Shown piece after piece: positions 46,324 through 55,731 of a stretch of 64,000 nucleotides of DNA. The stretch covers positions 1,784 to 65,783 of the forward strand of contig DATJFP010000071.1 of assembly GCA_035495615.1 (NCBI GenBank). Reading direction: 5' to 3'. Source of the DNA: Verrucomicrobiia bacterium. Lineage in GTDB: Bacteria > Omnitrophota > Omnitrophia > Omnitrophales > Aquincolibacteriaceae. A model generated the notes under the pieces. The model saw only the letters and a program-made list of their open reading frames with translations, was not told the DNA's origin and did not search any database. The position numbers and the translations under genes were made by a program. How positions within the stretch are numbered: position 1 is the stretch's first letter; every line of letters begins with the position of its first letter.

Positions 46324-47199
46324 ATGAACACTCTAACCGTTTCAAGTCCGGCCAAGCTCAATCTCCATTTGCGCGTCACGCGCAAGCGGCCCGACGGCTA
46401 TCACGAGCTCGTCACGCTTTTCCACCGCATTTCGCTGAAAGACACGATCACGCTCAAAAAAATCCCGCGAGGCATTGTTCTGACCTGCGATTATCCGGGG
46501 CTTCCCACGGACGAACGCAACATCGTGGTCCGCGCCTACGGCTTGCTGCAAGCGCGATTTCCCAGGCTGGGCGGGGTGCGTGTCCGGCTGCAAAAAAAGA
46601 TCCCGGTCGGCGCCGGCCTTGGCGGGGGATCGAGCAATGCCGCCTTTTTTCTCCTGGGGATGAACCGGCTTTACCGGCTGGGGCTTTCCCGGAAGGCCCT
46701 GGTAGCCATGGGGAAGAAGCTGGGAGCAGATGTTCCGTTCTTTCTTTATGAGACGAATCAGGCACTCGCGGTGGGACGCGGCGACAGAATCTATCCCCGG
46801 CCCGCAAGGTGCCGCCAAGGTTTTCTCTTACTCCTTTCAGAGAAATCACTTAGCACAAAAGATGTCTTCCGGTCAAGACACCTCAAGCCCGGGGCGGTTT
46901 CCTTGACAAAAGCAACCGGCGAGGTTAGAATGCTCTGCCATTTTTCCGGCCTGCAAAAGTATCAGGAAATAGCGGCGTTGATCCGTAATGATTTGGAACC
47001 GCCTGCTTTTTCTTTAAGGCCCTCGATTTCAAAGCAGATACAAAAACTGACAAGGGCGGGGTATCCCTTGGTCAGGATGTCCGGAAGCGGGCCAACGGTC
47101 TTTATCATGTTTTCTCATGAGCAAGAGATCAAGCGTCATCGGACGCTTGTGCGCCAGCTTTTTCCCGCCGTGCGGCTGGAAAAAGTGTTCACGTTCTAA
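46324..47199 (+). CDS. ispE: 4-diphosphocytidyl-2-C-methyl-D-erythritol kinase
   Basis: 291 aa; PAKLNLHLRV...GYH N-terminus and GHMP-kinase glycine-rich loop PVGAGLGGGSSNAA. Confidence 0.92.
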   Translation: MNTLTVSSPAKLNLHLRVTRKRPDGYHELVTLFHRISLKDTITLKKIPRGIVLTCDYPGLPTDERNIVVRAYGLLQARFPRLGGVRVRLQKKIPVGAGLGGGSSNAAFFLLGMNRLYRLGLSRKALVAMGKKLGADVPFFLYETNQALAVGRGDRIYPRPARCRQGFLLLLSEKSLSTKDVFRSRHLKPGAVSLTKATGEVRMLCHFSGLQKYQEIAALIRNDLEPPAFSLRPSISKQIQKLTRAGYPLVRMSGSGPTVFIMFSHEQEIKRHRTLVRQLFPAVRLEKVFTF

Positions 47200-47226
47200 A
47201 CCCCGAGAGGGTGAGCGAGGTGCTGC

Positions 47227-47547
47227 ATGAAGATCACAGAGGTCCGGGTTTTCCCCCGGAAAGATGGCGACAAGAAACTCAAGGCATTCGTTACGATTAC
47301 CTTGGATGAGTGTTTCGTCATCCGCGATCTGAAGGTGATCGAAGGCAGCAAAGGCCTGTTCGTGGCCATGCCCTCGCGGAAAGTTGAAAAGCGGGGCGAT
47401 GGCGAGCTGGGTGATTTCGGCAGGGTGGATCATCGGGATATTGCCCATCCCATTACGTCGGAGTGCCGGGAATATATCCAGAAAAGCGTGCTCGACGCCT
47501 ATTATTCTCTTCAAGGCACCTCGGAAGAGGCGGCCGCGCGGAGATAA
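47227..47547 (+). CDS. spoVG: SpoVG family protein
   Basis: 106 aa; the MKITEVRV...GLFVAMPS...DIAHPI core with an ~11-aa insertion. Confidence 0.9.
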   Translation: MKITEVRVFPRKDGDKKLKAFVTITLDECFVIRDLKVIEGSKGLFVAMPSRKVEKRGDGELGDFGRVDHRDIAHPITSECREYIQKSVLDAYYSLQGTSEEAAARR

Positions 47548-47649
47548 GAGCCGGGATTGCCAGCGGATTTGTGATCCGGCCCAATAAGGCTCTCGCGGAG
47601 AAACCGGTTTTTTTTCTGTTGGAACTCGGGCCAAGATAAAAAAGTCGAT

Positions 47650-47720
47650 TGCCCGGTGGTGAAATGGTATCACACTGCCCTTTGGAGGCATGATTCCTGG
47701 TTCGAGTCCAGGCCGGGCAG
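47650..47720 (+). tRNA. tRNA-Gln (anticodon UUG) with U1-A72 pair and G73 discriminator
   Basis: Hand fold: acceptor TGCCCGG/CCGGGCA, U8, D-stem GTGA/TCAC, anticodon loop CTTTGGA, T-arm CCTGG-TTCGAGT-CCAGG. CCA is not encoded. Confidence 0.8.
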
Positions 47721-47845
47721 TGTTTGAGAGTGCGCAAGGTTCCATAGGACTTGTGACGCAGTAAATAAGCAGAGCACAGGGACAGGCTGGACGGGCGCCG
47801 TTCTTGATTGACCTGAATGGAATTTAAACGGAGTTGTGAATACTT

Positions 47846-49102
47846 ATGACCAACATTTCAGAGCGGTGTTCCTTTTGCGGGCGTGACAAGCGTAAGGATG
47901 TGCGGAAAATTTTTTCCGGACCCGGCGTTTACATTTGCGACATCTGCATCAAGATTTGTAATGACATCCTCCTCAAGGACCAGGCCCGCACCGTCAAGCC
48001 TTACGAGGGCATCGCCCGCCTCGCGGTTTCCAAGCCCCGCGAGATCAAGGCCAAGCTGGATGAGCACATCATCGGCCAGGAAAAGGCCAAGAAGCAGATA
48101 TCCGTCAGCGTTCACAATCACTATAAGCGTATCAAGAGCGCGGCGCAGTCCGAAGACAACATTGAGCTGGAAAAGAGCAACATCCTGCTCATCGGGCCCA
48201 CGGGCTCCGGCAAAACGCTTTTCGCGCGCACGCTCGCGAAGCTGCTCGACGTGCCTCTGGCCATCGCGGACGCGACCACGCTGACCGAAGCCGGCTACGT
48301 CGGCGAAGACGTGGAAAACGTCCTGCTTCGTCTTTTGCAGGCCGCGAACTTTGACGTGAAGCGCGCTGAGCTCGGTATCGTCTACATCGACGAAATCGAC
48401 AAGATCGCCCGCACCTCCGAAAACGTCTCCATCACGCGCGACGTTTCCGGTGAAGGCGTGCAGCAGGCGCTGCTCAAAATTCTGGAAGGGACCATTGCCA
48501 ACGTGCCTCCGCAGGGCGGCCGCAAGCATCCCCAGCAGGAATACATCCAGATCAACACGCGCAACATCCTGTTCATCTGCGGCGGGACCTTCGCGCACCT
48601 GGATCAGCTCATCAGCAAACGTGTTTCCAAGAAATCGCTGGGCTTCGGCGCGCACCGCAATGCGGCCGAGAAGGAAATGAGCCTGGGAGAATTGCTCGAT
48701 CTCGTCGAGACCGAAGACCTGTTGAAGTTCGGGTTTATTCCCGAGTTCATCGGCCGCTTTGCCGTGCTTTCGACCCTTCATGGATTGAATGAAGGCGACC
48801 TCGTGCGCGTCTTAACGGAACCCAAGAACGCGCTCGTCAAACAGTACGAGAAGCTTTTCAAGATGGAAAACGTGGACCTGAAGTTCACGCCGGATGCGCT
48901 GGAAGAAGTGGCCAAGAAGGCCCTCCGCAAGGGCACCGGCGCGCGGGCGCTGCGTTCCATTCTCGAGACGGTCATGATGGACGTCATGTACGACATCCCG
49001 TCGGAATCGGGGATCACCGAGTGCCTGATCAACCGCAGGGTGATTGAGGGAAAAGAAAAGCCTTCCCTGATCCGTCCCGACGAATGGGCGCGTTCCGCCT
49101 GA
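47846..49102 (+). CDS. clpX: ATP-dependent Clp protease ATP-binding subunit ClpX
   Basis: 418 aa; N-terminal C4 zinc-binding domain, Walker [13 protein letters not shown] pore loop. No adjacent clpP. Confidence 0.96.
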   Translation: MTNISERCSFCGRDKRKDVRKIFSGPGVYICDICIKICNDILLKDQARTVKPYEGIARLAVSKPREIKAKLDEHIIGQEKAKKQISVSVHNHYKRIKSAAQSEDNIELEKSNILLIGPTGSGKTLFARTLAKLLDVPLAIADATTLTEAGYVGEDVENVLLRLLQAANFDVKRAELGIVYIDEIDKIARTSENVSITRDVSGEGVQQALLKILEGTIANVPPQGGRKHPQQEYIQINTRNILFICGGTFAHLDQLISKRVSKKSLGFGAHRNAAEKEMSLGELLDLVETEDLLKFGFIPEFIGRFAVLSTLHGLNEGDLVRVLTEPKNALVKQYEKLFKMENVDLKFTPDALEEVAKKALRKGTGARALRSILETVMMDVMYDIPSESGITECLINRRVIEGKEKPSLIRPDEWARSA

Positions 49103-49122
49103 GCATCTATAAGGAAGCGCCC

Positions 49123-50025
49123 ATGAAAATGAAAAATTCAACAAAAGAAGCGTTGGCGGCATATGGCTTTTTGATGCCGAATCTGCTGGGTTTTCTGATC
49201 TTCACCTCGATCCCGGTCGGCGCCTCGCTTTTCCTCAGCTTCGTGAAGTGGGACCTGCTTTCGCCGCCGCGTTTTGTCGGCCTCACAAACTTCGTCGAGC
49301 TTTTTCAGGACCCTTTTTTCTGGAAATACTGCTGGAACACGGTGTACCTCATGGCCGCGATTCCGCTGGGCATGGCGGGCTCGCTGATCCTCGCGCTGGG
49401 CATGAACCAGAAGCTGAAAGGGATCGTCGTTTTCCGGACGGTCTACTTTCTGCCGACGCTTTGCGCGGGTGTCGCCATCTACATGCTGTGGCGGCTGATC
49501 TACAATCCCGAGTTCGGCGTGCTCAATTCGATCATCGCCAAAACCGGGCAGATCCTCGGCGTGCCGCTGAAAGGCCCGTATTGGCTGACCGACGAGGCGT
49601 GGGCGAAACCCGCGCTCATCATCATGAGCGTCTGGCAGACGGTGGGCGGCTACAACATGATCCTGTATCTCGCCGCCTTGCAGGGCGTGCCGCGCGATCT
49701 TTACGACGCGGCGGAAGTGGACGGCGCGAACTCGTGGCAGAAATTCTGGGCCGTGACCTGGCCGCAGATTTCCCCGACCACGTTTTTCATCGCGATCATG
49801 AGCGTGATCGGCGGGTTCCAGGCGGGTTTTGATCCGGCTTACATCATGACGGGCGGCGGCCCGAACGGGTCGACGACCACGATCATTTATTACATTTACA
49901 ACAATGCCTTCGAGTGGCACAAGATGGGCGAGGCGGCGGCGATCGCGTGGGTGCTTTTCGTGATCGTATTTCTTTTCACGCTGATGCAGTGGCGCTTTTT
50001 CGGGAAACAAGTCTACTACAGTTAA
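49123..50025 (+). CDS. carbohydrate ABC transporter permease (MalF/UgpA-like)
   Basis: 300 aa from ATG 49123, with AAGGAAG RBS and 6 TM helices. The track start at 49084 overlaps clpX. Confidence 0.85.
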   Translation: MKMKNSTKEALAAYGFLMPNLLGFLIFTSIPVGASLFLSFVKWDLLSPPRFVGLTNFVELFQDPFFWKYCWNTVYLMAAIPLGMAGSLILALGMNQKLKGIVVFRTVYFLPTLCAGVAIYMLWRLIYNPEFGVLNSIIAKTGQILGVPLKGPYWLTDEAWAKPALIIMSVWQTVGGYNMILYLAALQGVPRDLYDAAEVDGANSWQKFWAVTWPQISPTTFFIAIMSVIGGFQAGFDPAYIMTGGGPNGSTTTIIYYIYNNAFEWHKMGEAAAIAWVLFVIVFLFTLMQWRFFGKQVYYS

Positions 50026-50035
50026 AAGGACGGAC

Positions 50036-50980
50036 ATGAATTCCGCATTCCATACAACAGGCGGCGCTTTGAAAGACGCCCAGACCGTTCTCGCGGTCGA
50101 GCAGCTGACCCGGGAGTCGGCCAAGAAGAACAAGCAGGGGAAAAAAATCCGCCAGTTCTGGGAGAAGGCGGGCCTGTATTTTCTTCTCTGCCTGGGCGCG
50201 CTGACCATGGTCGGGCCGTTCATGTGGATGATCACGACTTCGCTCAAGGAACCGAGCCAGGTATTTTCGTTTTCGAAGAATTGGTGGGAAGAGTGGATCC
50301 CCACGGCGTTTGTCTGGCGGAATTATTTGGAGCCGTGGAAAGTGGTGCCGTTCGCGCGCTTTTATCTCAATTCGATTTTCGTGGCCATCATGGTTACGCT
50401 CGCGCAAGTCGCGACGAGCGCGCTTGCGGCGTACCCGTTCGCGCGCCTGACGTTCCCGGGCCGCGACAAAATTTTCTTCGGCTACCTGGCCACGATGATG
50501 GTCCCGGGCGCGGTGACGATGATTCCCGTTTTCATTCTGCTGCGTTACCTGGGATGGATCGACAGCTACAAGGCGCTCATCCTTCCGGCCGCGTTCACGG
50601 CCTACGGCACGTTCATGCTGCGGCAGTTTTTCCTGACGCTGCCTAAAGATCTCGAAGATGCGGCCAAGATCGACGGCTGTAATTATCTCGGCATTTTTTG
50701 GCGGATCATTCTTCCGCTGTCGAAGCCGGCGCTGGCCACGCTGACGACATTCACGTTCATGGGAACGTGGATGAACTTCATGTGGCCGCTGATTGTTTTG
50801 AACACGCACGAGAAATTTACGCTGCCCGTGGGCCTCGCGTACTTCCAGAGTTTGCACCATACGGACTGGACGCTTTTGATGGCTGCGTCCATGCTGATGA
50901 TCATTCCCATCCTGCTCGTTTTCATTTTCAACCAGCGGTTCTTCGTCGAAGGCATCAAGCTGACGGGTATCAAGGGATGA
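50036..50980 (+). CDS. carbohydrate ABC transporter permease (MalG/UgpE-like)
   Basis: 314 aa; EAA-loop-type motif AAKIDGCNYLGIFWRIILP. Confidence 0.85.
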   Translation: MNSAFHTTGGALKDAQTVLAVEQLTRESAKKNKQGKKIRQFWEKAGLYFLLCLGALTMVGPFMWMITTSLKEPSQVFSFSKNWWEEWIPTAFVWRNYLEPWKVVPFARFYLNSIFVAIMVTLAQVATSALAAYPFARLTFPGRDKIFFGYLATMMVPGAVTMIPVFILLRYLGWIDSYKALILPAAFTAYGTFMLRQFFLTLPKDLEDAAKIDGCNYLGIFWRIILPLSKPALATLTTFTFMGTWMNFMWPLIVLNTHEKFTLPVGLAYFQSLHHTDWTLLMAASMLMIIPILLVFIFNQRFFVEGIKLTGIKG

Positions 50981-52239
50981 GCGCGATGCAGGCCGTGGTC
51001 CTTGCCGCCGGCAAGGGAACGCGCATGCGTTCGGAAAAGCCCAAGGTACTCCACGAAGTCCTGGGCCGTACCCTGCTGGATTGCGTGCTCGACACGCTTT
51101 CGCAGGCGGGCGTGCGGAAGCCGGTGCTGGTGGTAGGCGCGGGCGCGGATCAAGTGAAGCGTCATACGGCCGGGCGTGTCACGCCGGTCCTGCAGTCAGT
51201 GCAGCGCGGCACGGGTCATGCGGTCATGATGACGCGCAAGGCGCTCGCGGGTTTCAAGGGCGACATCCTGATCTGGCCGGGCGACATGCCGCTCGTGAAA
51301 CTGGAAACGCTGAAAAGTTTCATCCGCGCGCACCGCGAAAACAAATGCGATGTGAGCGTTCTTTCGTCGGTCCGCGAAGACCCGAAAAGCTACGGCCGGA
51401 TCCTCCGGGCAAACGGCGCTTTTTGCGGCATTCGCGAAGAACTCGACGCGGCCGAGCACGAGAAAAACATCAAGGAAGTAAACACCGGCGTTTATCTGTT
51501 CAAGAGCGACAAGCTTTTTTCGAGCCTCGCCCTGATCAAGCCGGAGAACCAGAAGAACGAGCTGTACCTGACCGACACGATCGAGATCCTCGATGGGCAG
51601 GGCGCGAAAGTCGAAGCTTTTCCTTTCGCCGCGGCGGAAGAAGGGCAGGGCGTGAATTCGCGCGTCGACCTGGCCATGGTCATGGAAAAGCTGAATCAGC
51701 GCGAAATCGCGGCGCATCAGGCGGCCGGCGTCACATTCGTTTCTCCGGAACAGACTTTTGTCGCGCCCGGTGTGAAGATCGGACCGGACACGACGGTTTA
51801 TCCGTGGTGCTACATTGAAAAAGGCGTGACGATCGGGAGCGGCTGCGAGATCGGGCCTTTCGCCAAGATCCGCAAGGGCACGGTGCTCGGCAACGGCGTG
51901 ACGGTCGGTAGTTTCGTGGAAGTGAACCGTTCGAAGCTCGGTAATAAGGTCCAGGCCAAGCATCTGGCCTACCTCGGCGACGCGATCATCGGTGACGAGA
52001 CCAATATCGGCGCCGGCACGATCACCGCGAATTACGACGGCAGGAACAAGCACGTGACGCGCATCGGCAAGAAAGTGCTCGTCGGTTCGGACACGGTTTT
52101 CGTCGCGCCTGTTTCGGTGGATGATTTCGCCAAAACCGGCGCCGGGGCAGTCGTCAGGGGCCGCGTGAAAAAGGGCGAAGTCGTGGTCGGGGTTCCGGCG
52201 CGGCCGATCAAATCTCTGAAAGCATCGAAAAGTAAATAA
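50977..52239 (+). CDS. glmU: bifunctional UDP-N-acetylglucosamine pyrophosphorylase / glucosamine-1-phosphate N-acetyltransferase
   Basis: Start MSAMQAVVLAAGKGTRM (ATGA overlap with permease 2); C-terminal left-handed beta-helix hexapeptide repeats. The track ORF from 50698 is rejected. Confidence 0.92.
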   Translation: MSAMQAVVLAAGKGTRMRSEKPKVLHEVLGRTLLDCVLDTLSQAGVRKPVLVVGAGADQVKRHTAGRVTPVLQSVQRGTGHAVMMTRKALAGFKGDILIWPGDMPLVKLETLKSFIRAHRENKCDVSVLSSVREDPKSYGRILRANGAFCGIREELDAAEHEKNIKEVNTGVYLFKSDKLFSSLALIKPENQKNELYLTDTIEILDGQGAKVEAFPFAAAEEGQGVNSRVDLAMVMEKLNQREIAAHQAAGVTFVSPEQTFVAPGVKIGPDTTVYPWCYIEKGVTIGSGCEIGPFAKIRKGTVLGNGVTVGSFVEVNRSKLGNKVQAKHLAYLGDAIIGDETNIGAGTITANYDGRNKHVTRIGKKVLVGSDTVFVAPVSVDDFAKTGAGAVVRGRVKKGEVVVGVPARPIKSLKASKSK

Positions 52240-52268
52240 ACAGGCATTGACGTTCAAGGGAGAGCAGC

Positions 52269-53258
52269 ATGTTTGGAAATCAGAAAACGATCAAGCACCG
52301 CGGTGATCCGACGATGGTCATTCTCGGCGGCCGTTCGAATCCGGATCTTACCAACGAAATCGCGGAAATGCTCGGCAATCAGCCCGGGGACGTGTTGTGC
52401 GGGCGTTTTCCCGAAGGTGAAATCCAGATCCAGATCCGCGACAACGTGCGCGGCAAGGACGTCTTCATCCTGCAGTCGACCTGCACGCCGCCAAATGATA
52501 ACCTGATGGAGCTTTTAATCCTGATCGACGCGGCCAAGCGCGCGTCCGCCAAGCGCGTGACGGCAGTGCTTCCGTTTTTCGGCTATGCGCGCCAGGACCG
52601 CAAAGACAGGCCGCGCGTTCCGATCACAGCCAAGCTTGTGGCCAACCTGCTTACGAAGGCCGGAGCGGACAGGATCCTGACGATGGACCTGCACGCGGGC
52701 CAGATCCAGGGCTTCTTTGACATCCCGGTCGATCACCTTTACTCGATCAGCGTGCTCAGCGAGTACCTTGAAAAAAAGCAGCTGCAAAATCTCGTGGTGG
52801 TTTCGCCCGACATCGGCGGCATCCGCATGGCGCGCGCTTATGCGACCATTCTCAATGCGAAGCTCGCCATCGTGGACAAAAAACGCGAAGATGCGACCAA
52901 GACGCACGTCATGAACATCATCGGTTCCGTGGAAGATAAAAACGTCGTGATTACCGACGACCTGGTTTCGACCGGCGGTTCGCTCGTCGAAGCCGCGCGC
53001 GCGCTGAAAGAGGCGGGCGCCCTCGACGTTTACGCGGCCGTGGTGCATCCGATCCTCGCGGGCCCCGCGATCGACCGGCTGAAGAAATCCGACATCAAAG
53101 AGCTTATCGTGACCAACTCGATCCCACTCGGAGAAGAGAAAAAGATTCCGGTCATCAAACAGCTTTCCGTGGCCGGGCTGCTTGCGGAGGCCATTTTCCG
53201 CATCCACAACAACGAATCCGTGAGCTCGCTGTTCTCCAAGGTTGGAGTGGAAGCATAG
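52269..53258 (+). CDS. prs: ribose-phosphate pyrophosphokinase
   Basis: 329 aa; GGGAGAG RBS; conserved core from MVILGG (possible alternative start at 52314). Confidence 0.93.
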   Translation: MFGNQKTIKHRGDPTMVILGGRSNPDLTNEIAEMLGNQPGDVLCGRFPEGEIQIQIRDNVRGKDVFILQSTCTPPNDNLMELLILIDAAKRASAKRVTAVLPFFGYARQDRKDRPRVPITAKLVANLLTKAGADRILTMDLHAGQIQGFFDIPVDHLYSISVLSEYLEKKQLQNLVVVSPDIGGIRMARAYATILNAKLAIVDKKREDATKTHVMNIIGSVEDKNVVITDDLVSTGGSLVEAARALKEAGALDVYAAVVHPILAGPAIDRLKKSDIKELIVTNSIPLGEEKKIPVIKQLSVAGLLAEAIFRIHNNESVSSLFSKVGVEA

Positions 53259-53308
53259 CCCGGAAGCAATTCTAAATTTAAAAGAGATTTTCCAAGGAGG
53301 AAGTGAAA

Positions 53309-54034
53309 ATGAACACGATCGAACTCGAAGCTAAAGTAAGAAAGGCGGACGGCTCCAGAAACGCGCGCCGCCTGCGCCGCTCGGGCCAGCTGCCCGCGGT
53401 TCTTTACGGCCACGGCATGACGCCGCTCGCGCTGGAAATAAATTACCGTGCCTTTGCGCAGATCCTTTCCACCAAGGCCGGCGGAAACGCGGTGATCCAG
53501 CTCAAGGCCGAAGGCGCGAAGCTGAAGGAATCCACCTGCCTTATCAAGGACCTTCAGCATGATCCCGTCACCGACCTGATCCAGCACGTCGACTTTACCG
53601 TGATTTCGCTCACGGAAAAGATCGAAGTCGAAGTCCCCATCATCGTGAAGAACGCGGAAGATTGCGCCGGCGTGAAAGCGGGCGGCATTCTCGACATGAT
53701 TTACCACGAGATCGAAGTGACCTGCTTGCCGACGCAGATTCCGGAAAGCATCACCGTCGACGTGAAGGTCATGCAGGTGGGCGATTCCATCCATGCCCGC
53801 GATCTGAAAGTGCCCGAGGGGGTCAGCATCAACCTCGAGCCGGACGAAGTCGTCATCGCCGTCCACGCCCCGCGCAAGGAAGAAGTTCCGGGCGCCGAAG
53901 GCGCGGAAGCTGCGACCCAGCCCGAAGTCATCGAGAAGGGCAAGAAGCCCGAAGAAGGCGAAGCTGCGCCGGCTGCTGCCGCGAAGCCCGCTGCTGCGGC
54001 TGCGAAACCCGCTGCGGAGAAGAAGGCAAAATAA
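53309..54034 (+). CDS. rplY: 50S ribosomal protein L25 / general stress protein Ctc form with Ala/Pro/Lys-rich tail
   Basis: ATG 53309 with AAGGAGG 8 nt upstream; L25 N-domain plus Ctc C-domain and a low-complexity tail. Confidence 0.9.
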   Translation: MNTIELEAKVRKADGSRNARRLRRSGQLPAVLYGHGMTPLALEINYRAFAQILSTKAGGNAVIQLKAEGAKLKESTCLIKDLQHDPVTDLIQHVDFTVISLTEKIEVEVPIIVKNAEDCAGVKAGGILDMIYHEIEVTCLPTQIPESITVDVKVMQVGDSIHARDLKVPEGVSINLEPDEVVIAVHAPRKEEVPGAEGAEAATQPEVIEKGKKPEEGEAAPAAAAKPAAAAAKPAAEKKAK

Positions 54035-54042
54035 TTTTTGTC

Positions 54043-54074
54043 CGGAGGGCGGGGCAAAACCCCGCTCTCCGTTT
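54043..54074 (+). terminator. terminator-like GC hairpin (12 bp, one G.U, loop CAAAA) followed by UUU after rplY
   Basis: CCGGAGGGCGGGG-caaaa-CCCCGCTCTCCGG read directly; the U-tract is short, so it may be a weak terminator or attenuator before pth. Confidence 0.4.
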
Positions 54075-54106
54075 AGAACCTTCTCCACGGGAGTGGTGTC
54101 CGTCCG

Positions 54107-54694
54107 ATGAAACTTATTCTGGGGCTTGGGAATCCGGGAAGGAAATACGCCGGAACCCGGCATAACTACGGCCGCATGCTGGTCGAATATGCGGCAGAAG
54201 CGGAATTCCTTCAGTTCCGGCAGGATAAGGAGCTTAAGGCTTTTCTTTGTTCCACGGCTTGGAACGGCGAAGAAATTTTTATGGCCTATCCGGATGTTTA
54301 CATGAATCACTCCGGGAAAACCGCCGCCGCTCTCGCGAGTCATTTCCGCCTGGATCTTCAGAAGGACCTTTTGGTCGTCGTGGACGATTTGGCCCTGCCT
54401 TTCGGAAAACTCCGGCTGAGAGCCAAAGGTTCGGACGGCGGGCATAACGGCCTCAAGTCTATTCACGCGCTGTTGGGAACCCCGGTTTATGCAAGGCTGC
54501 GCTGCGGCATCGGCCATCCGAGGGATCTTCCGCTTTCGGAAGAGGACCCTGAGGTGAGCCGCTATGTTCTGGCTCCTTTTCCCTCTCCGGAGAAGAAGGA
54601 GCTGCAAGTGCTCATGCGCAAAGGCCTTGAGGCCTGCCGGCTCTGGGCCGGCGGCACTTTCGAAAAGGCTGCAAACGCACTAACCCAAGTCTAG
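54107..54694 (+). CDS. pth: peptidyl-tRNA hydrolase
   Basis: 195 aa; GLGNPG...Y..TRHN N-terminus. Confidence 0.93.
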   Translation: MKLILGLGNPGRKYAGTRHNYGRMLVEYAAEAEFLQFRQDKELKAFLCSTAWNGEEIFMAYPDVYMNHSGKTAAALASHFRLDLQKDLLVVVDDLALPFGKLRLRAKGSDGGHNGLKSIHALLGTPVYARLRCGIGHPRDLPLSEEDPEVSRYVLAPFPSPEKKELQVLMRKGLEACRLWAGGTFEKAANALTQV

Positions 54695-54721
54695 TCAATC
54701 GGTTGCGGGTTAAAACTTAGC

Positions 54722-54750
54722 TTGCCTCGCGGCCGTGCTTATGTTACATT
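54722..54750 (+). promoter_or_regulatory. candidate promoter TTGCCT-17-TACATT for rpsF-ssb-rpsR-rplI
   Basis: Hexamers 4/6 and 4/6 with a 17-nt spacer, ~40 nt upstream of the rpsF ATG. Confidence 0.3.
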
Positions 54751-54790
54751 ACACCCTCATTTTCAAGAGGATGATCAAGGAGAAAGAAGC

Positions 54791-55183
54791 ATGAAACTGT
54801 ACGAAGGCATTTTCGTTTTTTCCCCGCAGGTTGGCCCTGACGACCGCAAGACTCAGGAGCAGAGCGTCGAAGCCCTCATTAAAAAATTCGAAGGCAAGAT
54901 CACCGAACGCCACGACTGGGGAAAGCGTTCTTTGGGGTATCAGATCAAAAAATTCCGCGACGGTTATTTTTGGGTCGTGAACGTCGAGCTTCCCCCCGCG
55001 AAACTCGTGGAATTCCGCAAAGCCCTCGAGCTGCATCCCGATCTTGTGAAGTTCATGCTGACCGTGAAAAATCCCAAATTGAGCACGCTGCCTTCCGCGC
55101 GGCCTGCTCCCAGCGAATCCGACGCTCCGGGGAGAAACTACGATGCTCCTGCGAGAAGTTACGACGCTCCCGCGAGAAGCTAA
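54791..55183 (+). CDS. rpsF: 30S ribosomal protein S6 with C-terminal tandem YDAPARS repeat
   Basis: Start MKLYEGIFVF at 54791 (AAGGAGA RBS). The track ORF from 54722 spans the promoter region. Confidence 0.92.
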   Translation: MKLYEGIFVFSPQVGPDDRKTQEQSVEALIKKFEGKITERHDWGKRSLGYQIKKFRDGYFWVVNVELPPAKLVEFRKALELHPDLVKFMLTVKNPKLSTLPSARPAPSESDAPGRNYDAPARSYDAPARS

Positions 55184-55194
55184 AAGAGGACACC

Positions 55195-55665
55195 ATGGCT
55201 GCCAGCTTCAACAAAGTCTTATTGATGGGAAATTTGACGCGCGACCCGGAACTCCGCTACGTTCCGTCCGGACAACCGGTCACTACGTTCACCGTGGCCT
55301 GCAATAGGACTTACGTTTCGCAGTCGGGAGAAAAAAAGGAAGAAGTAAGCTTCATTCGCTGCGTGGTGTGGGGCAAGACCGCCGAAAACTGCAACGAGTA
55401 TCTCAAGAAGGGCAGCCCCGTTTTCGTGGAAGGGCGCCTTCAGAGCCGCAGCTGGGAAGCCCAGGACGGCACGAAGAAATCGACGATCGAAGTCCAGGCC
55501 CAGAGCGTGCAGTTTCTTTCCCGCGGCGGCAAGAGCCAGGATGGCGCCCCGGATGCCGACGTGGGCGATTTCGAAGGAGCGAGCGCTCCCAAGTCCAAAG
55601 GTTCCAAGGGATCGGTTTCGGTTTCGGATTCCGAACTCCAGCCTGACGAAGAAATTCCTTTCTAG
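55195..55665 (+). CDS. ssb: single-stranded DNA-binding protein
   Basis: Start MAASFNKVLLMGNLTRDPELRY; acidic C-terminal tip DEEIPF. The track ORF from 54970 is rejected. Confidence 0.93.
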   Translation: MAASFNKVLLMGNLTRDPELRYVPSGQPVTTFTVACNRTYVSQSGEKKEEVSFIRCVVWGKTAENCNEYLKKGSPVFVEGRLQSRSWEAQDGTKKSTIEVQAQSVQFLSRGGKSQDGAPDADVGDFEGASAPKSKGSKGSVSVSDSELQPDEEIPF

Positions 55666-55731
55666 GTGCCGGCCTCGATTTCCGGTCCGCAAAACACCGC
55701 AAAATTTAAATTTGAATAAGGAGTTTGGGTT

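Noticed and set aside
47721-47845. Promoter for clpX in the tRNA-Gln-clpX spacer
   Set aside because: No hexamer pair with acceptable spacing was found, so clpX may be read through from upstream.
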